NCBI GenBank assembly: GCA_964016885.1
Contig: OZ024742.1
Location: forward strand, 51,088,001 to 51,152,000
From: Eledone cirrhosa
Lineage: Eukaryota
Length of the DNA stretch: 64,000 nucleotides
Direction: 5' to 3'
The notes beneath the pieces were generated by a model. The model did not search any database, was not told the DNA's origin, and was given only the letters and a program-made list of their open reading frames with translations. This document shows positions 43,950-56,587 of the stretch, in pieces (within the stretch, counting starts at the first letter, position 1; every line of letters starts with the position of its first letter). A program made the position numbers and the translations under genes.

Positions 43950-44985
43950 TATATATATTGTTTTAATGTTGAAAGGTTCTGACGAACAGATGAAGGGACC
44001 AGAGCAATCTATGCGAATTACACAGATAAAATATTATAGTTAATGTCAACACTTGCTACCAATGGTTTCCAACTGTGCATGTGACTTATATTGTTCATAT
44101 GTACATCCACATAAGTCCTAGGGCAATAGAGGCTTGCATTGTAGGGATAGAACTCGTCTGAGAATGTGTGCGGTTCCTAGTAGACCGATCTTCTGCAGCT
44201 TATATTTGCCGATCTTGTAGGGAAATACGCTAAGTTGCAGGTCTCATGAAATTGGTATTATTCCTAATGCTTCTATTACCACAGGTTTAGTGTTTATGGG
44301 CATCCTGCAAGTGCGGTTGATCTCCATTTCCAGTTCTTTGTATTTTAACAGTCTTTCCAATATTTTTTTCTTTCAGATATATGCTCATCAGTTAGTACAG
44401 AAATATCTATACGGCTACATGCCTGATCTATTTTTGTTTTTATGATGATATCTGGTCTGTTTGTACGAATTTTTCGGTCAGTTATCACAGGCATATTCCA
44501 CAAGATGGATATGTTACCATTTTCCATGACTGTTTTTTGGTTGATGCTCATACCATTTGTCAGGTTTGGATGTCATGAGAGCGGCAGTGCATCCTGTGCA
44601 CATAATTGACAATGCGGATGTCTCTTTCTATATAATGTTTTTTCCAGCTCTGGACACCTGGAGATAACATGATCTACCGTTTCGTCGTATTTGTAATACA
44701 TTCTGCATAGAGAGCTAGTCCCATTTTTCACTATTCTGTGTCTATAGACCCAGAGTTTAAAGATTTGTCTTGTGCAGCAACTAAGCATCCCTCGGTCTCT
44801 ACTTTCAAAACAGCACTTGTGAGCTAGGATAGTCAACCACGCTGATCGATATCCTTGTCAGAAATTTGTTCTGGGAAACTACTATGAATAGGCTTTGCCT
44901 TTCATTCACTGTTTAGTTCCTCTCTTTGGAGTTGCTTCGGTTTGATCTTTACAATCCTAGCTAGTTGTACAGCACTTTCGTTTGA
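43950..44985 (-). mobile_element. R4/Dong-type LINE 3' fragment
   Basis: CRMYYKYDETVDHVISRC (CCHC-like) and ILWNMPVITDRKIRTNRPDIII (RLE). Confidence 0.8.
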
Positions 44986-45039
44986 TTGTCTGTGGGTATG
45001 TCTTGTTCTATGTTCAGTTTATTAATATTATTATTATTA

Positions 45040-45912
45040 CAGTTGCATTTATCTTGCTTTATGTTCATACGAGTTATCACCAAGTCTCAACCAGTGACCG
45101 CAAGAGACAACAAGGTCCGCCATGCTCAAGAAAGAACATACATACACAGGCATGCATATTTAGCTGTTTAGACTTGTGATGTACTTATATTGACAGGATC
45201 TTCCTTAGTATAAGGGCATTTCACATTAGTACTATATTTTGTATTTCTACTATACGCGAGTTTCCTGAGATTTGCGATAAGTAATCATTAGACCCCCTAG
45301 GTATTACTCCTAGACCGCCTACAACCACTGGTTTTGTTTTAGTTCTCAATTTCCATAGTTTTCTAATCTCTATCTCCAGGTCTTTACACTTGGTCAGTGT
45401 TTAAAATGTTTCTATAGATACATTAAATTAGCAGGCGTACACTCTATTTTAAAGTCCTTCACTATTACATCAGGTCTATCTGCATTTATTTTTTGGTCTG
45501 TTTGGATGCACAGATTGAGATGTGAACTTTTGATGGGGCAGGTCAAAATGCTTACACATTATCCAATGTATGATTTGTGCAGCTCTGTCGTGCCTGTTTA
45601 GTTATTCGGTTGGAGCTATAGGACTACACATTGAAATTATATGTCTGGTTGTTTTTTTACATACACGGTATAATGGGTTGCATCCATTTTCTTATTATAT
45701 TGGCGTGATAATTTTTTGTGGCAGACACTGATGTTGTGCTGATATAATCAGTCCTTCAGTCTCCGATTTCAGTCCAGAGGATGCCAAGCACTGATGGGTT
45801 AAAGTTTTGCCAACATCAGGATTGTTAGCTCTTTCTGTGTATTTTCCATACAGATGCTTTTCTCGCAATTTCTTAGCCAGTTTCTGTAGCAGTTCTTTCT
45901 TTGCAGTTACTT
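45040..45912 (-). mobile_element. R4/Dong-type LINE 3' fragment
   Basis: HLYGKY..THQCLASSGLKSETEGLIISAQHQCL and downstream RLE remnants; bounded by (ATT)n runs. Confidence 0.75.
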
Positions 45913-45961
45913 TTATTATTATTTTTATTATTATTATTATTATCATTATTATTATTGTTTT

Positions 45962-48885
45962 TTGAGTCTATGTCATTGAAGTTATTAAACTGGAAAGTTT
46001 GTTGAAATGAATATCAAGCTCCTACCTGCAGCTTCAGATATTCAGGACGTATCGGAGGGTTCTTGCTGTTCCCAGCAAGCATACCTTTTGAACTCTTCCA
46101 AAAAGCGGGGCTGGACTAATCTTCTTTAACCACCCTTGGAAACTCTTTGAGAAAGTACCTTTCGCACCTATGGAAAATCGAGACGACCTTGATTTCATGG
46201 CAGTTCCAAATCATGTTTAACTCCCGATTTAAATCCTGGTTTCGGTTAAGTTTCTCCCTCTCCTTTTCTTGCACTCTCGTGTCAAATGGGCAGGCTACAT
46301 CTACAATCAGGCACGATATTCTTTCATTGTCCAAAACCACCAGGTCAGGCCTATTGTGTTCTAATTTCTTGTCCGTCTGTATCCTAAAATCCCATAGCAA
46401 CTTAACCTGATCGTTGTCTCTCACCGGCTCTGGCTTATCCTCATACCACTTCTCAGAATGTGGTAAATTGTTTACTTTGCATAGATGCCAGTGGATCACT
46501 CTGCTTATCAGATCATGTCTCCAGCCTTTATAGTGAGTCTGGGCTAGGTGTTTACACTCGGATACAATGTGAGCCACAGTCTCCTCTCTCTCTCTCCAGA
46601 GATCCTACACAGTGAGCTATCATCCTCCTTGTTAATATGGTGTTTTACCCACTTCGTTATGAGGGCTTGCTCTTGCGCAGCCATTAGCATTCCTTCTGTA
46701 GCTTTTTTAAGGTCTCATCTTTTTAACCATTTCCATGTCTGTGGATCTCTAAATTCAGTTTTATTAAAGAAGGTACTATGAAGGGATTTTTTATGAAGGT
46801 TGCTCTTCCTCCTAGTTGTTATTTCCTCCTTGGACATCCCCAGGTTTGTGCAGGTTGCTTTTCTCCATCTGAACACAGTCCTCTATGCTGATAGGACCTC
46901 TTCCACCTTCATATCTCTTTAAGTAGAGTCTATCGACATCACTCCTTTTGTGGAACATGTTGTAGATAGTCATTAGCTTCCTAGTCTTCCTATCCATTTC
47001 TTTTTGTTCAGCAACATTCCATTTCAGAATTCCCGCACTGTACTTAATAATAGACACAGCTCGGGAATTCACTGAACTTATGACATTCCTACTATTTAGA
47101 TGTGATTTAAATACGCTCCTTACTTTCCTTATGTACTCAGATTTTATCAATTCCTTCATCATGTTTGTTCTTGATGTCATCTGCCTCCAGAACACCTAAA
47201 TATTTGTATCCCTCTTCAGTGTCAATTTCTTTTATCATCTCACCTGTTGGTACCTGGATTCCGTTGCTTCTGCTCAATTTACCCTTTTCATCACTAGGAC
47301 TCGTCACTTATTAAAACCAAATTCCCTACATATACCATTGCTGAAAATACAGACAGTGTCAACAAGTACATCCAACTCCTTCCACTCTTCCCAAAGAGTT
47401 TAAGATCGTCCATGAAAAGGAGGTGGTTGATGGTAAGCTCTCCTTTTCCCAACTTGTATCCTGCTCTCACCTTTCGCAATATAACGGTTAGAGGTATCAG
47501 GGCAAGGACAAACAACATGGGGACAGACTATCATCCTCCTGGAATACCTGGAAGATACCTATCTTGATCTTCATGCCACCCAAGGATTCTCCATCCGATG
47601 TTAACTCTGTTTCCCAGGACTTCATACTTTTGCTCAACAACTGTCTGATGTTATCTACCACCTAGAATATATCTAGGCTTTTTGTTATCCAAGAATGAGG
47701 TACAGTGTCGAATGTCTTTTTGTAATCTATCCATCCCATGGCAAGACCAGTGTGCCTCCTCTTGCAATTCCTCATTACAATTTTATCAATAAGTAACTGG
47801 TCTTTTGTACCACGGGACTTCTTTCGGCATTCATTCTGTTCGTCCGGTAATAAGTTGTTTATGTAGATATGATGGTAGATTTACTCAGATACAATGCTTG
47901 TTAACAGCTTCCACATCACGGACAGACATGTGATACGCCTATAGTTTGTGACATCATTACCCTTGATTCGGTCTTTCATTACCAGTACTGTGATACATTT
48001 TGACAACGACTCTGGTACTTCACACGGAATCAAGAAGTCATTGAACGTGGTTGTCAGTTTCGGGTGGAGGGATCTTATATTTTTAATCCAATTCCCTTGC
48101 AAACCATCTGGGCCTGGTGATTTCCAGTTGGTTATATTTTTGGACTTCCCTTTAAGAGTTTCAACTGTGATACTCAAATCAGGTTGTTGGTTCGCTTTTT
48201 TCACTAATCTCCTTTTGAACTGTCTCAATCCACACTGCCTGACTATTATGTTCAACATCCTCTTCAGAATGTCTTAGTCTGTTCCGCCTCAGGGATCAAG
48301 TCGTTGCCTCTTTCTTTCCCTTCAAGCTGTCCAAACATCTTCTGGGTGTTGTCAAACATGCGGTTCTGTCTATACTGACTTATTCTGTTCTCATACCGCC
48401 TAATCTTTGAACTTTCTGCTACAATGCGTTGCTTCAGTTGCTCTATGATAATATTTAGCTTTTTTTAATATTTAGATTTTTTTTTCTTAGTTTTGCATTT
48501 CATTTATCTTTAGTGTCTATGTTTTGTAATGTCCCATTCAGTAACAACTCAAGCTTTCCAATGTCTTTTCTCATTTCCTTGATTTGACCATTCAATCGAT
48601 TCTTCCACCAAGGTTCTGATCTTTCTTGTTTGTTGGTTCCTCTCGTTTTTATGTCATTTTTAAGCATTTGCTGTTGCTTTGAGGATATTGTTGCATTGGT
48701 GACGGTTCCTCGTTTCCAGGTATGGGATGACTTTGTTTACCTTAGCTGTTGTTTCTTTTAACATTTCCTGTCTACAAATCTTAGGTTCATAGGTTTCCCA
48801 CTATCATTGTTCATTTCATCTACCACTAAGTTCAGGATATCAACCAAATCTTGCCCTAGCTCATCAGCATTCATCTCCTCAATGG
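45962..48885 (-). mobile_element. R4/Dong-type LINE, RT plus RLE, degenerate
   Basis: [62 protein letters not shown] and HNRPDLVV..VDVACPFD. 3' end abuts (TAA)n. Confidence 0.9.
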
Positions 48886-49600
48886 CCGTATCTTTTCAAA
48901 AGCATTCAAAGATTTCCTTCGAGTAACGTTCCTTTTATGATACGAAAGAGGGCGGCTGCATGTGTTGTTATGAGATCTACACCAGTCGACTCCTGTATGA
49001 CACTATTTCTGCGGATGATGTGTGGATCGTCCCCCATATCACGTCATATCTAATGAATATCAAATAGAGCAAGTCGTTCACTCTGCCTTTCTGTGGGTGA
49101 TATAGACGTAGTGAGAACAATCACCTCCCGCGCCTGTAGTTTTTTCGTCGCCAACACTAACTCACTATCAAGCATACATGGGTTAGGAGGGGATAACTGT
49201 GCAATAGGAGTTTGAATATTATAACTAAAAACATAAAATACGTTAAATTGATACACTTAAATAGACGCCGTTATAGTTTAATAAGAATATAAAGTAGTCA
49301 TTATAAAGTTTAACTGGGATATACAGTTATATAATGTCTGAGAGACCATCTCCATGGCAAGGTACTCGCTGAACTATAGCTCCTTGGAGCTAAACCACAT
49401 GTCCATAGACCCAGGCTAGGAGATTCATGCACTCGATACGCGAAGCGCCAGAGTGTAATCTTTAGGTATTAAGGGAATGTCCGGGGTTAGGTGAGGAAAG
49501 TAGGAATGTTCACCACATATTTCAGTAGACTGCAATAAAACCGATCTATATACCTGGTCTGACGTTTCCAACCTATGAGAAACTATTAGTCAGTGCTGCA
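48886..49600 (-). mobile_element. Possible Gypsy-like LTR plus PBS fragment truncating the R4 element
   Basis: Minus-strand TGGCGACGA (PBS-like, ~49144-49152). LTR boundaries not clear. Confidence 0.3.
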
Positions 49601-49854
49601 AACAATTAAATGTACCAAAGCAATTTATAGTAAATATAAACATATGAAGCCGAAATTTAAATTAAAGTTAAATTAACGTAAATTAAATTAAAATATGATC
49701 AGAACAATGCAATGCATTAAACGAAATAGCATCGTATAATATATGCATCTACGCGAGTTAAAAAGAAGACGAAGTGTCTGTGATCGTACAAGATGTAAAT
49801 GAAAATGTACGTGTGATAAATGCAATTACGTAGATACAATGGACAACAATATTA

Positions 49855-49985
49855 TTGTTTCTACATTTGGTACAAGGGTAGCAATTAATCCAGCGTATTA
49901 CTGATACTTTATTTTATTGACCCCGTAAGGATGAAAGGCAAAGTTAACCTTGGTGGGATTTGAACTCAGACCATAAAGTGGACTA
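49855..49985 (-). mobile_element. SINE
   Basis: Same core as 9243-9420. Confidence 0.8.
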
Positions 49986-50794
49986 CAACATATGACCAGG
50001 CATTATACACAAGGATCTCTAAACATAGATAAAAATGTGCCTACATATATAGAACGAAAAAGGAGAATGGGTTGGGAAATTATACAAATAGTTAAATAAT
50101 GATTGTTATAGGAATATAGTTCATAGTGCTCATAGAAAGACTGCTACTGATTTGCTAGATTGTGTGTTGTATGGAAGTGTGTCTTCTTTTCCAAGAGTTT
50201 TCCTATTATTATGGATAGCTGCGTGTTAACTTATGTAAAATGTTCGCCGTATTCAGGGACTGATGTTACTTTCTTCGTTCCGCTAGTCAAGAAAGATAAT
50301 TTCGATCCTCTGGTAAGCCTTGGTAGTCCTATTGAAGTGGATATTTAAGTTCAGTCAGATGTTTTGTGCCGTATGATTCGGGCATAGCACATGAAGCTAT
50401 GTCTTATACATTGCGTCACCAAAGCGGTCGACTTTAAAAGGTGAAATATATTGTGAAAAGATACATGCAGTTTCGAAAATATCTGCACAAATTACTGTCA
50501 AACTATGTACAGTTTAAACAATTATGACAAGGGGAAAATGACGAAGTGTTGTCACGATTTATTTGAAACCAAATTATAAGGGTAGAAATGAGGCAAATTA
50601 ATAGGAAACGAAAAAGAAAAAAACATAGGGATTCAAAATCTGGCGAGTATTGAACAGCTATGTATATATGTACGTCCACAAATACTCACGCATATATATA
50701 CACCGATACATGCATACATACATACATATATACATACATACACCAGCAAAAAATGATGCGTGTATGTTACAAGTAAACTCCAGAGTGAGAGTAA

Positions 50795-51760
50795 TATAGA
50801 TAAACAAAGTAGTCTATCGTGGACCAATAACCGCTGTATTGGCTCCCACTTTGAAGGAGACGCTTTTGCAATCCAACACGTAATATCTGATTCACAAAAG
50901 AGATAGGGATGCAGGAAAAACACCTAGATGGGCCAAGTGCATACTCTGCAGAATTAACATCGACGATGCCATGGCGATACTATCTACATATGAGGCATGA
51001 TGTTGTGGCCAAAACACTGCACAATGCAATCCGTAGGAAAGTTAGCCCCGATAATAAGCACATTAAAAGCTACAGAAATGTGGAAGACATTCATATACAT
51101 ACTATGAAAGAGTACTGGTGGAATGTTCCAGTAAAAACACCAATAAAATGCAGGCATAACAGAACAGATATAATAATATGGGACATTGAAAAGAAGGTAT
51201 GCACAGTAGTGGAAGTTAGCTGCCCACCAGATGCCAATATAATATCAAAGATTAGCGAAAAGGATAATATCTATGCAATTCTAATGAGGAATCTGCAGAT
51301 ACTCCGCACTGACTATACCTTCAGATTAATACCTGTGATTAATGGGGTAGTGGGATATGTTAAAAACTGCCTCAATACAAATCTTGAGAAGCTGGGCTTC
51401 ACAGAAATAGAAAGAACACAGCTAGTTATGCAATTATAAGTACAAAATCCATTAATGGAACAGTACAAATATGTAAAACATCCTAAAAATTCTACATCGA
51501 GTAACTGCATATACGCATGTACAGATACAAATCGTATTCAAATGCACACATACAACTAAAAACATACAATAACACCCATACCCTCACACACATGTATGCA
51601 TGCAGACATGTATACATATCTGCCTAGTTGATGTTGTGTAAATTCCGATGAGTGAGTATTGTAACTATGTTAGAAACCGACTCTCTATTGGCAAAAATTT
51701 GTGAAATTATAAAACCAGAAGACATACATACATACTACCTCTCTCTGTGTGTCTGTTACA
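50795..51760 (+). mobile_element. R4-like RLE LINE 3' fragment
   Basis: SSLSWTNN..SHFEGDAFAIQ, then ORF 50909-51439 with RHD, YWWNVPVKT and HNRTDIIIWD..VEVSCP (RLE). Confidence 0.8.
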
Positions 51761-52084
51761 GATTCACTCTCCTCTCCCCTCTACTGTTTCACTTATATCT
51801 CAATTCACATCAGCCTCCCCCTTTCTCATTTGCATTCATGTGGCGAGTTAAGTATCTTGTACATATGGCCAGTACGTCATATAAAATAAACAGACATAAA
51901 CACGCACACACATTAATAATAGTGATTGTACTACATTCAAAGCAATAATAGATAATTGAAGAAATATTGAATTAACTGCGAGATTTAAGAAGAGAAAGAG
52001 GCTTAAGTATAAAGTAAAGAAGTCAATCAGTGAAGTAGAATCAAACTAATGTCCAAGTTACTTAGCATTATTACTACAGTAGTT

Positions 52085-52750
52085 CAAGGTTGTTAGAGTG
52101 GAAGCTTTGTTACTGCGTCGGACAAACGCATCGTACTATTTTATTAGGGCTGTTTAGGTTTCAAATCCCAGCGAGTTTAAATTTGCCGTTCGTCCTTCTG
52201 GAGTTCAATCAATCTAGAAACAGTAATGTACTGATCTCAATATAAGTGGTCCCTAAAGCCCCCTTCTCGTAAAGAAAATACCGGTCGTTTACTTAAATTA
52301 TAATTCAATATTACTGCAGTATGTAGGCAGTGGATTGGCAGCATCATTAGAGCACCAGACAACTGATTTATGATATTGAGTTACATCCTTTACTTTCGGA
52401 TTTCGAATTCTACCGAAGTTAACTTTGTTCTTTTCATCCTTTCAAGGTCGATAACATAAAGCACAAGTAAAGCACTGGGTCGATTTAATCGACTTTCCTC
52501 TCATCCCAAAGATGTTGGCCTTGTGACTAAATCAGAAATCGTTATTACAAAATTTGTTAGAGCGGTTGGCAATATTATTCGAGGTATTTATTTGAACATT
52601 CTTCGATATAATTTCTATTCGCCTCGAGGCGGAATTTTACTTTCATCGTTCCAGGGCCAATGAAATAAAGTGCCCTTACTGAATCTCAAAATAATTGATT
52701 TTCCTCTTTACAGTATGTGCTGGCCTTAAAGCCATAATATAAAACTGTTA
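52085..52750 (+). mobile_element. Three tandem degenerate SINEs
   Basis: Three diverged copies of the ..aaatc/aattc..ccga.gttaacttt..tttcatcctt..gataa..taaag core near 52160, 52400 and 52620. Confidence 0.65.
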
Positions 52751-53849
52751 CTACTTACCCTACATATGAACTTAACTGATAAATTCTGAAAGGTCTAGGC
52801 ATGTAGAACAGCATGTAGGACACATACTACTAGAACACTTGCAACAACTATAAATTTGCAATTTTGCATAACATGATTATCAAGAGAAATGTAGGTAGTC
52901 TATGATGAAACAATATACTCCTAAATTAAACATTGCAAACACGATGGTAAACACATTTCAACAAACCATATTTTCCTTATTTTTTGCGGCCAATATTAAG
53001 CAGTCAACTAAGTAGCATACGAAGGGTTTCAGTTGATATTTTTGTGTTATAATTAATGCCAGCATTTGCGGCAAACACAGCAATAGAACAGTATAGGTAT
53101 GTTGTTTTCTCGTTTTTGTTCTTTAAAATAGCCACTACTCTATTAGCAGAAGTATTTCAGTCCTGACTCTTCCCAGAGTATAATTGTGACTACGTAATAT
53201 TTATTGTTTTCTCCCACCTTTTAAAGGTATCGGGATGATATTTAAGGAATACGTGTCTGTTAACTTTGAAACACCTTATTTCTACATGGATATCCATTCA
53301 TTTGTTTTAAAGTGTTTAAGTGATATTAAATTACAACGATCAGCTATGTAACAGGAATGTTATATGCCGTACATGAGCCATGCGTTCAGACATATTCCAT
53401 TCTCAGTTTCCCAAAGGGTTAGTGACAATTTATTTATATGTAGATATTCCTGATTTGCATAATGAATACATGCTTCAATGATAAAACTTAGATATTACAT
53501 TCCTGCTAAACAAATCATACTAACCATATAAGGTAGACGCACTAATGCAAAGTTTTCAACATATTTACCTGTAACGTGACATTCCTCGAATTGCCATGTG
53601 CTTTGGCTTAGAACAAGATATTAATCTCATGCTACTACACCTCACATAGCTGGCAAAGTGAGTAAGAAGTTCGGCGAACATGTCTAATGCAATATCAGTG
53701 ATTTAATGCTAATGAAACGGATATAAAATTTGATCTGATAATTCTCTCATTTTTGAAACAGATTATAAGTTTAAGCTTACACCTTACAATATAATTCGTA
53801 TCAGGAGCGTTTATATTACAATTATATTAAGTGAAAAAAAAGAGGATGG

Positions 53850-54210
53850 GAGATGGTAGAATCGTTAAATCAACGGATAAAACGCATTGTGGCATTCTTT
53901 CCTGGTCATTGTATTCTGAATTCCAATATAGCCCATCCTACTCCGGTGCCGATAAAATATCGTAACGATAAAAACTAGAGGTCGATTAATTAAACGTTCC
54001 ACTGCTCAAAAATGTTTAACGTTTGTCGAAACTATACATTGATATGGCGGAATTGATAGAACATCGTATAAAATGCCATTTAGTTATTTATTCTGACGTA
54101 TTACATTCTCAGTTCGAATTAAGCGGTGTCAACGTATCTTAACCATGATTTCAGTGTCGCAAAATTCTGAACTCTTTACTCCCTAATATGCCGCCCTTGT
54201 GTCAACATTA
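53850..54210 (+). mobile_element. Two degenerate SINEs
   Basis: tggtagaatcgttaa and ggcggaattgatagaacatcg heads, each followed by a gaattccaa/gttcgaatt B-box relic. Confidence 0.5.
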
Positions 54211-56501
54211 AATAACACAACTTTTTGCTAATTAACAATTAAAAACCCTGTATTTTTTGTAGAGGGATTATTTGTGTTTTATTTGTGTTCATTTGTTTGA
54301 GCGTAAGTGTGTATGTTTATGTATGGAGATTGAGAGTTGGTGTCGCAGGCAGAACGGAAGTATTATAGGAAGGAGCGACGGTGGCAGCGCGTGTGTGTTT
54401 ATATTATTAGGGGAGCGGTAAATATAGTAAATGACACTGTTACAAGTTAGTTTTTAGTGGGTTCGTGTGTACTGGTGGTAGAGTAGCGGCGAGCAAATGT
54501 AGATTGTTAGTAGTATTAGCCGATGAGGTGGTCGATGTTATGGTGGGTTGAGCAGCCGTGTGTGGTGCTCGAGGGAGTTGGGAGTTAGAAGCGTTAGTTG
54601 TTGGTGGTATGGTCCGTTAGTTATTTAGTTATGCCGTGGATGGTGTTAAATGTGTAGGAGGGTCATACGGGTTTCATTACTAAGCTGGTTGTGTTGGTGT
54701 GTGAGGATATGTTGGTGAAGAGGTGGAGTGTGTGCTAATGAAAAGTAGTGGTGAACGTAACGTACAAAGACACCACTTCGTCGAGATATTTCTGAAGGTG
54801 GACAACAAATATTAAAGTAAATAAATATTTTCATTTGAGCAGAACCCGATTTGAAATGTAAATGTGTCTTTTAAATATATATTCAGGTATATGTATGCAT
54901 CTTGTCACCCTCTTTATTTTCAGTAGATATACGTAGTACACAAATTGTGTGAAACATCGTATTTCTTCCCTGGGAAATATTTGATATTGTTGAGATATAA
55001 ATTATCTTCTCTTTATTCGATAGGTATGTATTATCAGTCACGCCGTCACAAGCATATCCTTGTATGAAGTACATATCAGAATTTATAGAAAATAACAATG
55101 GCAAACAATTACTGAAAAATTTCAGTGGGACATGATTAGATGTATTCATTCATTTTTTTCTCCATAATGGCTTAAAGACTTTACGCTATAAGTTGGGTAA
55201 ATGGTAAGTTTGATGGTGTGGTCCTTTCTCAGATAGTTATGTTAAGATTAAGAAAAAATGTCTATATGTTCTATAATTTTGCTTCGCATTCCCACCTTCA
55301 TTTGTTAAAATGGGCTAAATATCGTAAACATTTGTATTTCTAAATTAAGAATTTTGAAGTTACTGCGAAAATAAATATTACGTTGAACTGATTGTATTTA
55401 CATTCAGTTAAATGTTACATGAATAAAACCACATTTACCCCCCCCCCCCCACACACACACATACAGACACACGCGCACACGCGCACACACACACACACAC
55501 AAACTGCGCATACATAATGAAATCGAACGCGTATCAGTGTGGTAATTGACATTCCAATTTTATCTAGTAGTAAACTTCAAAATTTCAATTTCCTTCAAAC
55601 GAAAGTAAATATTCAGATGAACGGATAATTACTTGTTATCCACTGTGCAATTAATTAAATTAGGGGTATGATAACACCAAATTTCAATTTTATATGAAAC
55701 CCACAATTTAAGATATAGTGATTATGCACTTTGAATTTCTCTAACAATTAACGTATTTAAATATCATATGTCTCATACACATTACACATAAACTCCTATG
55801 TATAGTGTAAGCTGTAAATTTATAAATAAGGGACGTGACACATTACAACGTCTGATGGAAGACAAAGCACTTCGCTCACGCCCTGACACTCGCAATATTC
55901 AATTTCCTGTCCCCTACAATACTACTGTCAGAAGATAAGCAATATTACGCATATAAGATATATGAGAGTAGAGGGAAACGGAAATTATGTCTGAGTTCTG
56001 ATAGCAATATGAGAGTTTTGAGAGAGATAGCAGTTTGTTTCCAAATTCAATTAAATGACTAGAATCCAATAATTATTAGATACTTCATCATAGAACCAAC
56101 GAAAATAAAATGATATTTCCTAGATGTATTACTAAAGAGCGTTTAGTTATATTTCATTACATATAATATGGAATCCGGAAAGAAGTAATATATAGGTTTG
56201 AGGCAGCTATACATAAACTATCACATCATCCGACCGAACATCATTACGTCTAAGTGTGTAGATGAATTATAGAGAAAAACCGCCAAAGATCCTCCTAAAT
56301 GAAAGCATTTTACTAAAAGATGGCTAGTATATGGAATACCTTAACCGGAGTACTTTTTGCTAACATTAATATTCGCATTTATCTGCTCAATCTGATATCA
56401 CATATGGTGTTTTCCTGGTAGTTAACTACATTGCAGTATCTAACAAAATATATCACTGTTGACTATACTATATCGATTCCGTCTTTCCCGTTTGGAGTTT
56501 T

Positions 56502-56502
<1 letters not shown>

Positions 56503-56585
<83 letters not shown>
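56503..56585. repeat. (CT)n microsatellite
   Basis: Direct inspection. Confidence 0.95.

Positions 56586-56587
<2 letters not shown>

Noticed and set aside
43978-44022. CTGACGA...CGAAT hammerhead-like string
   Set aside because: GAAA box is incomplete, stems I and III are not evident, and it is antisense to the neighbouring LINE.
54883-55149. Minus-strand ORF with vaguely CUB-like Cys spacing
   Set aside because: Short, weak splice signals and no recognisable conserved motif.
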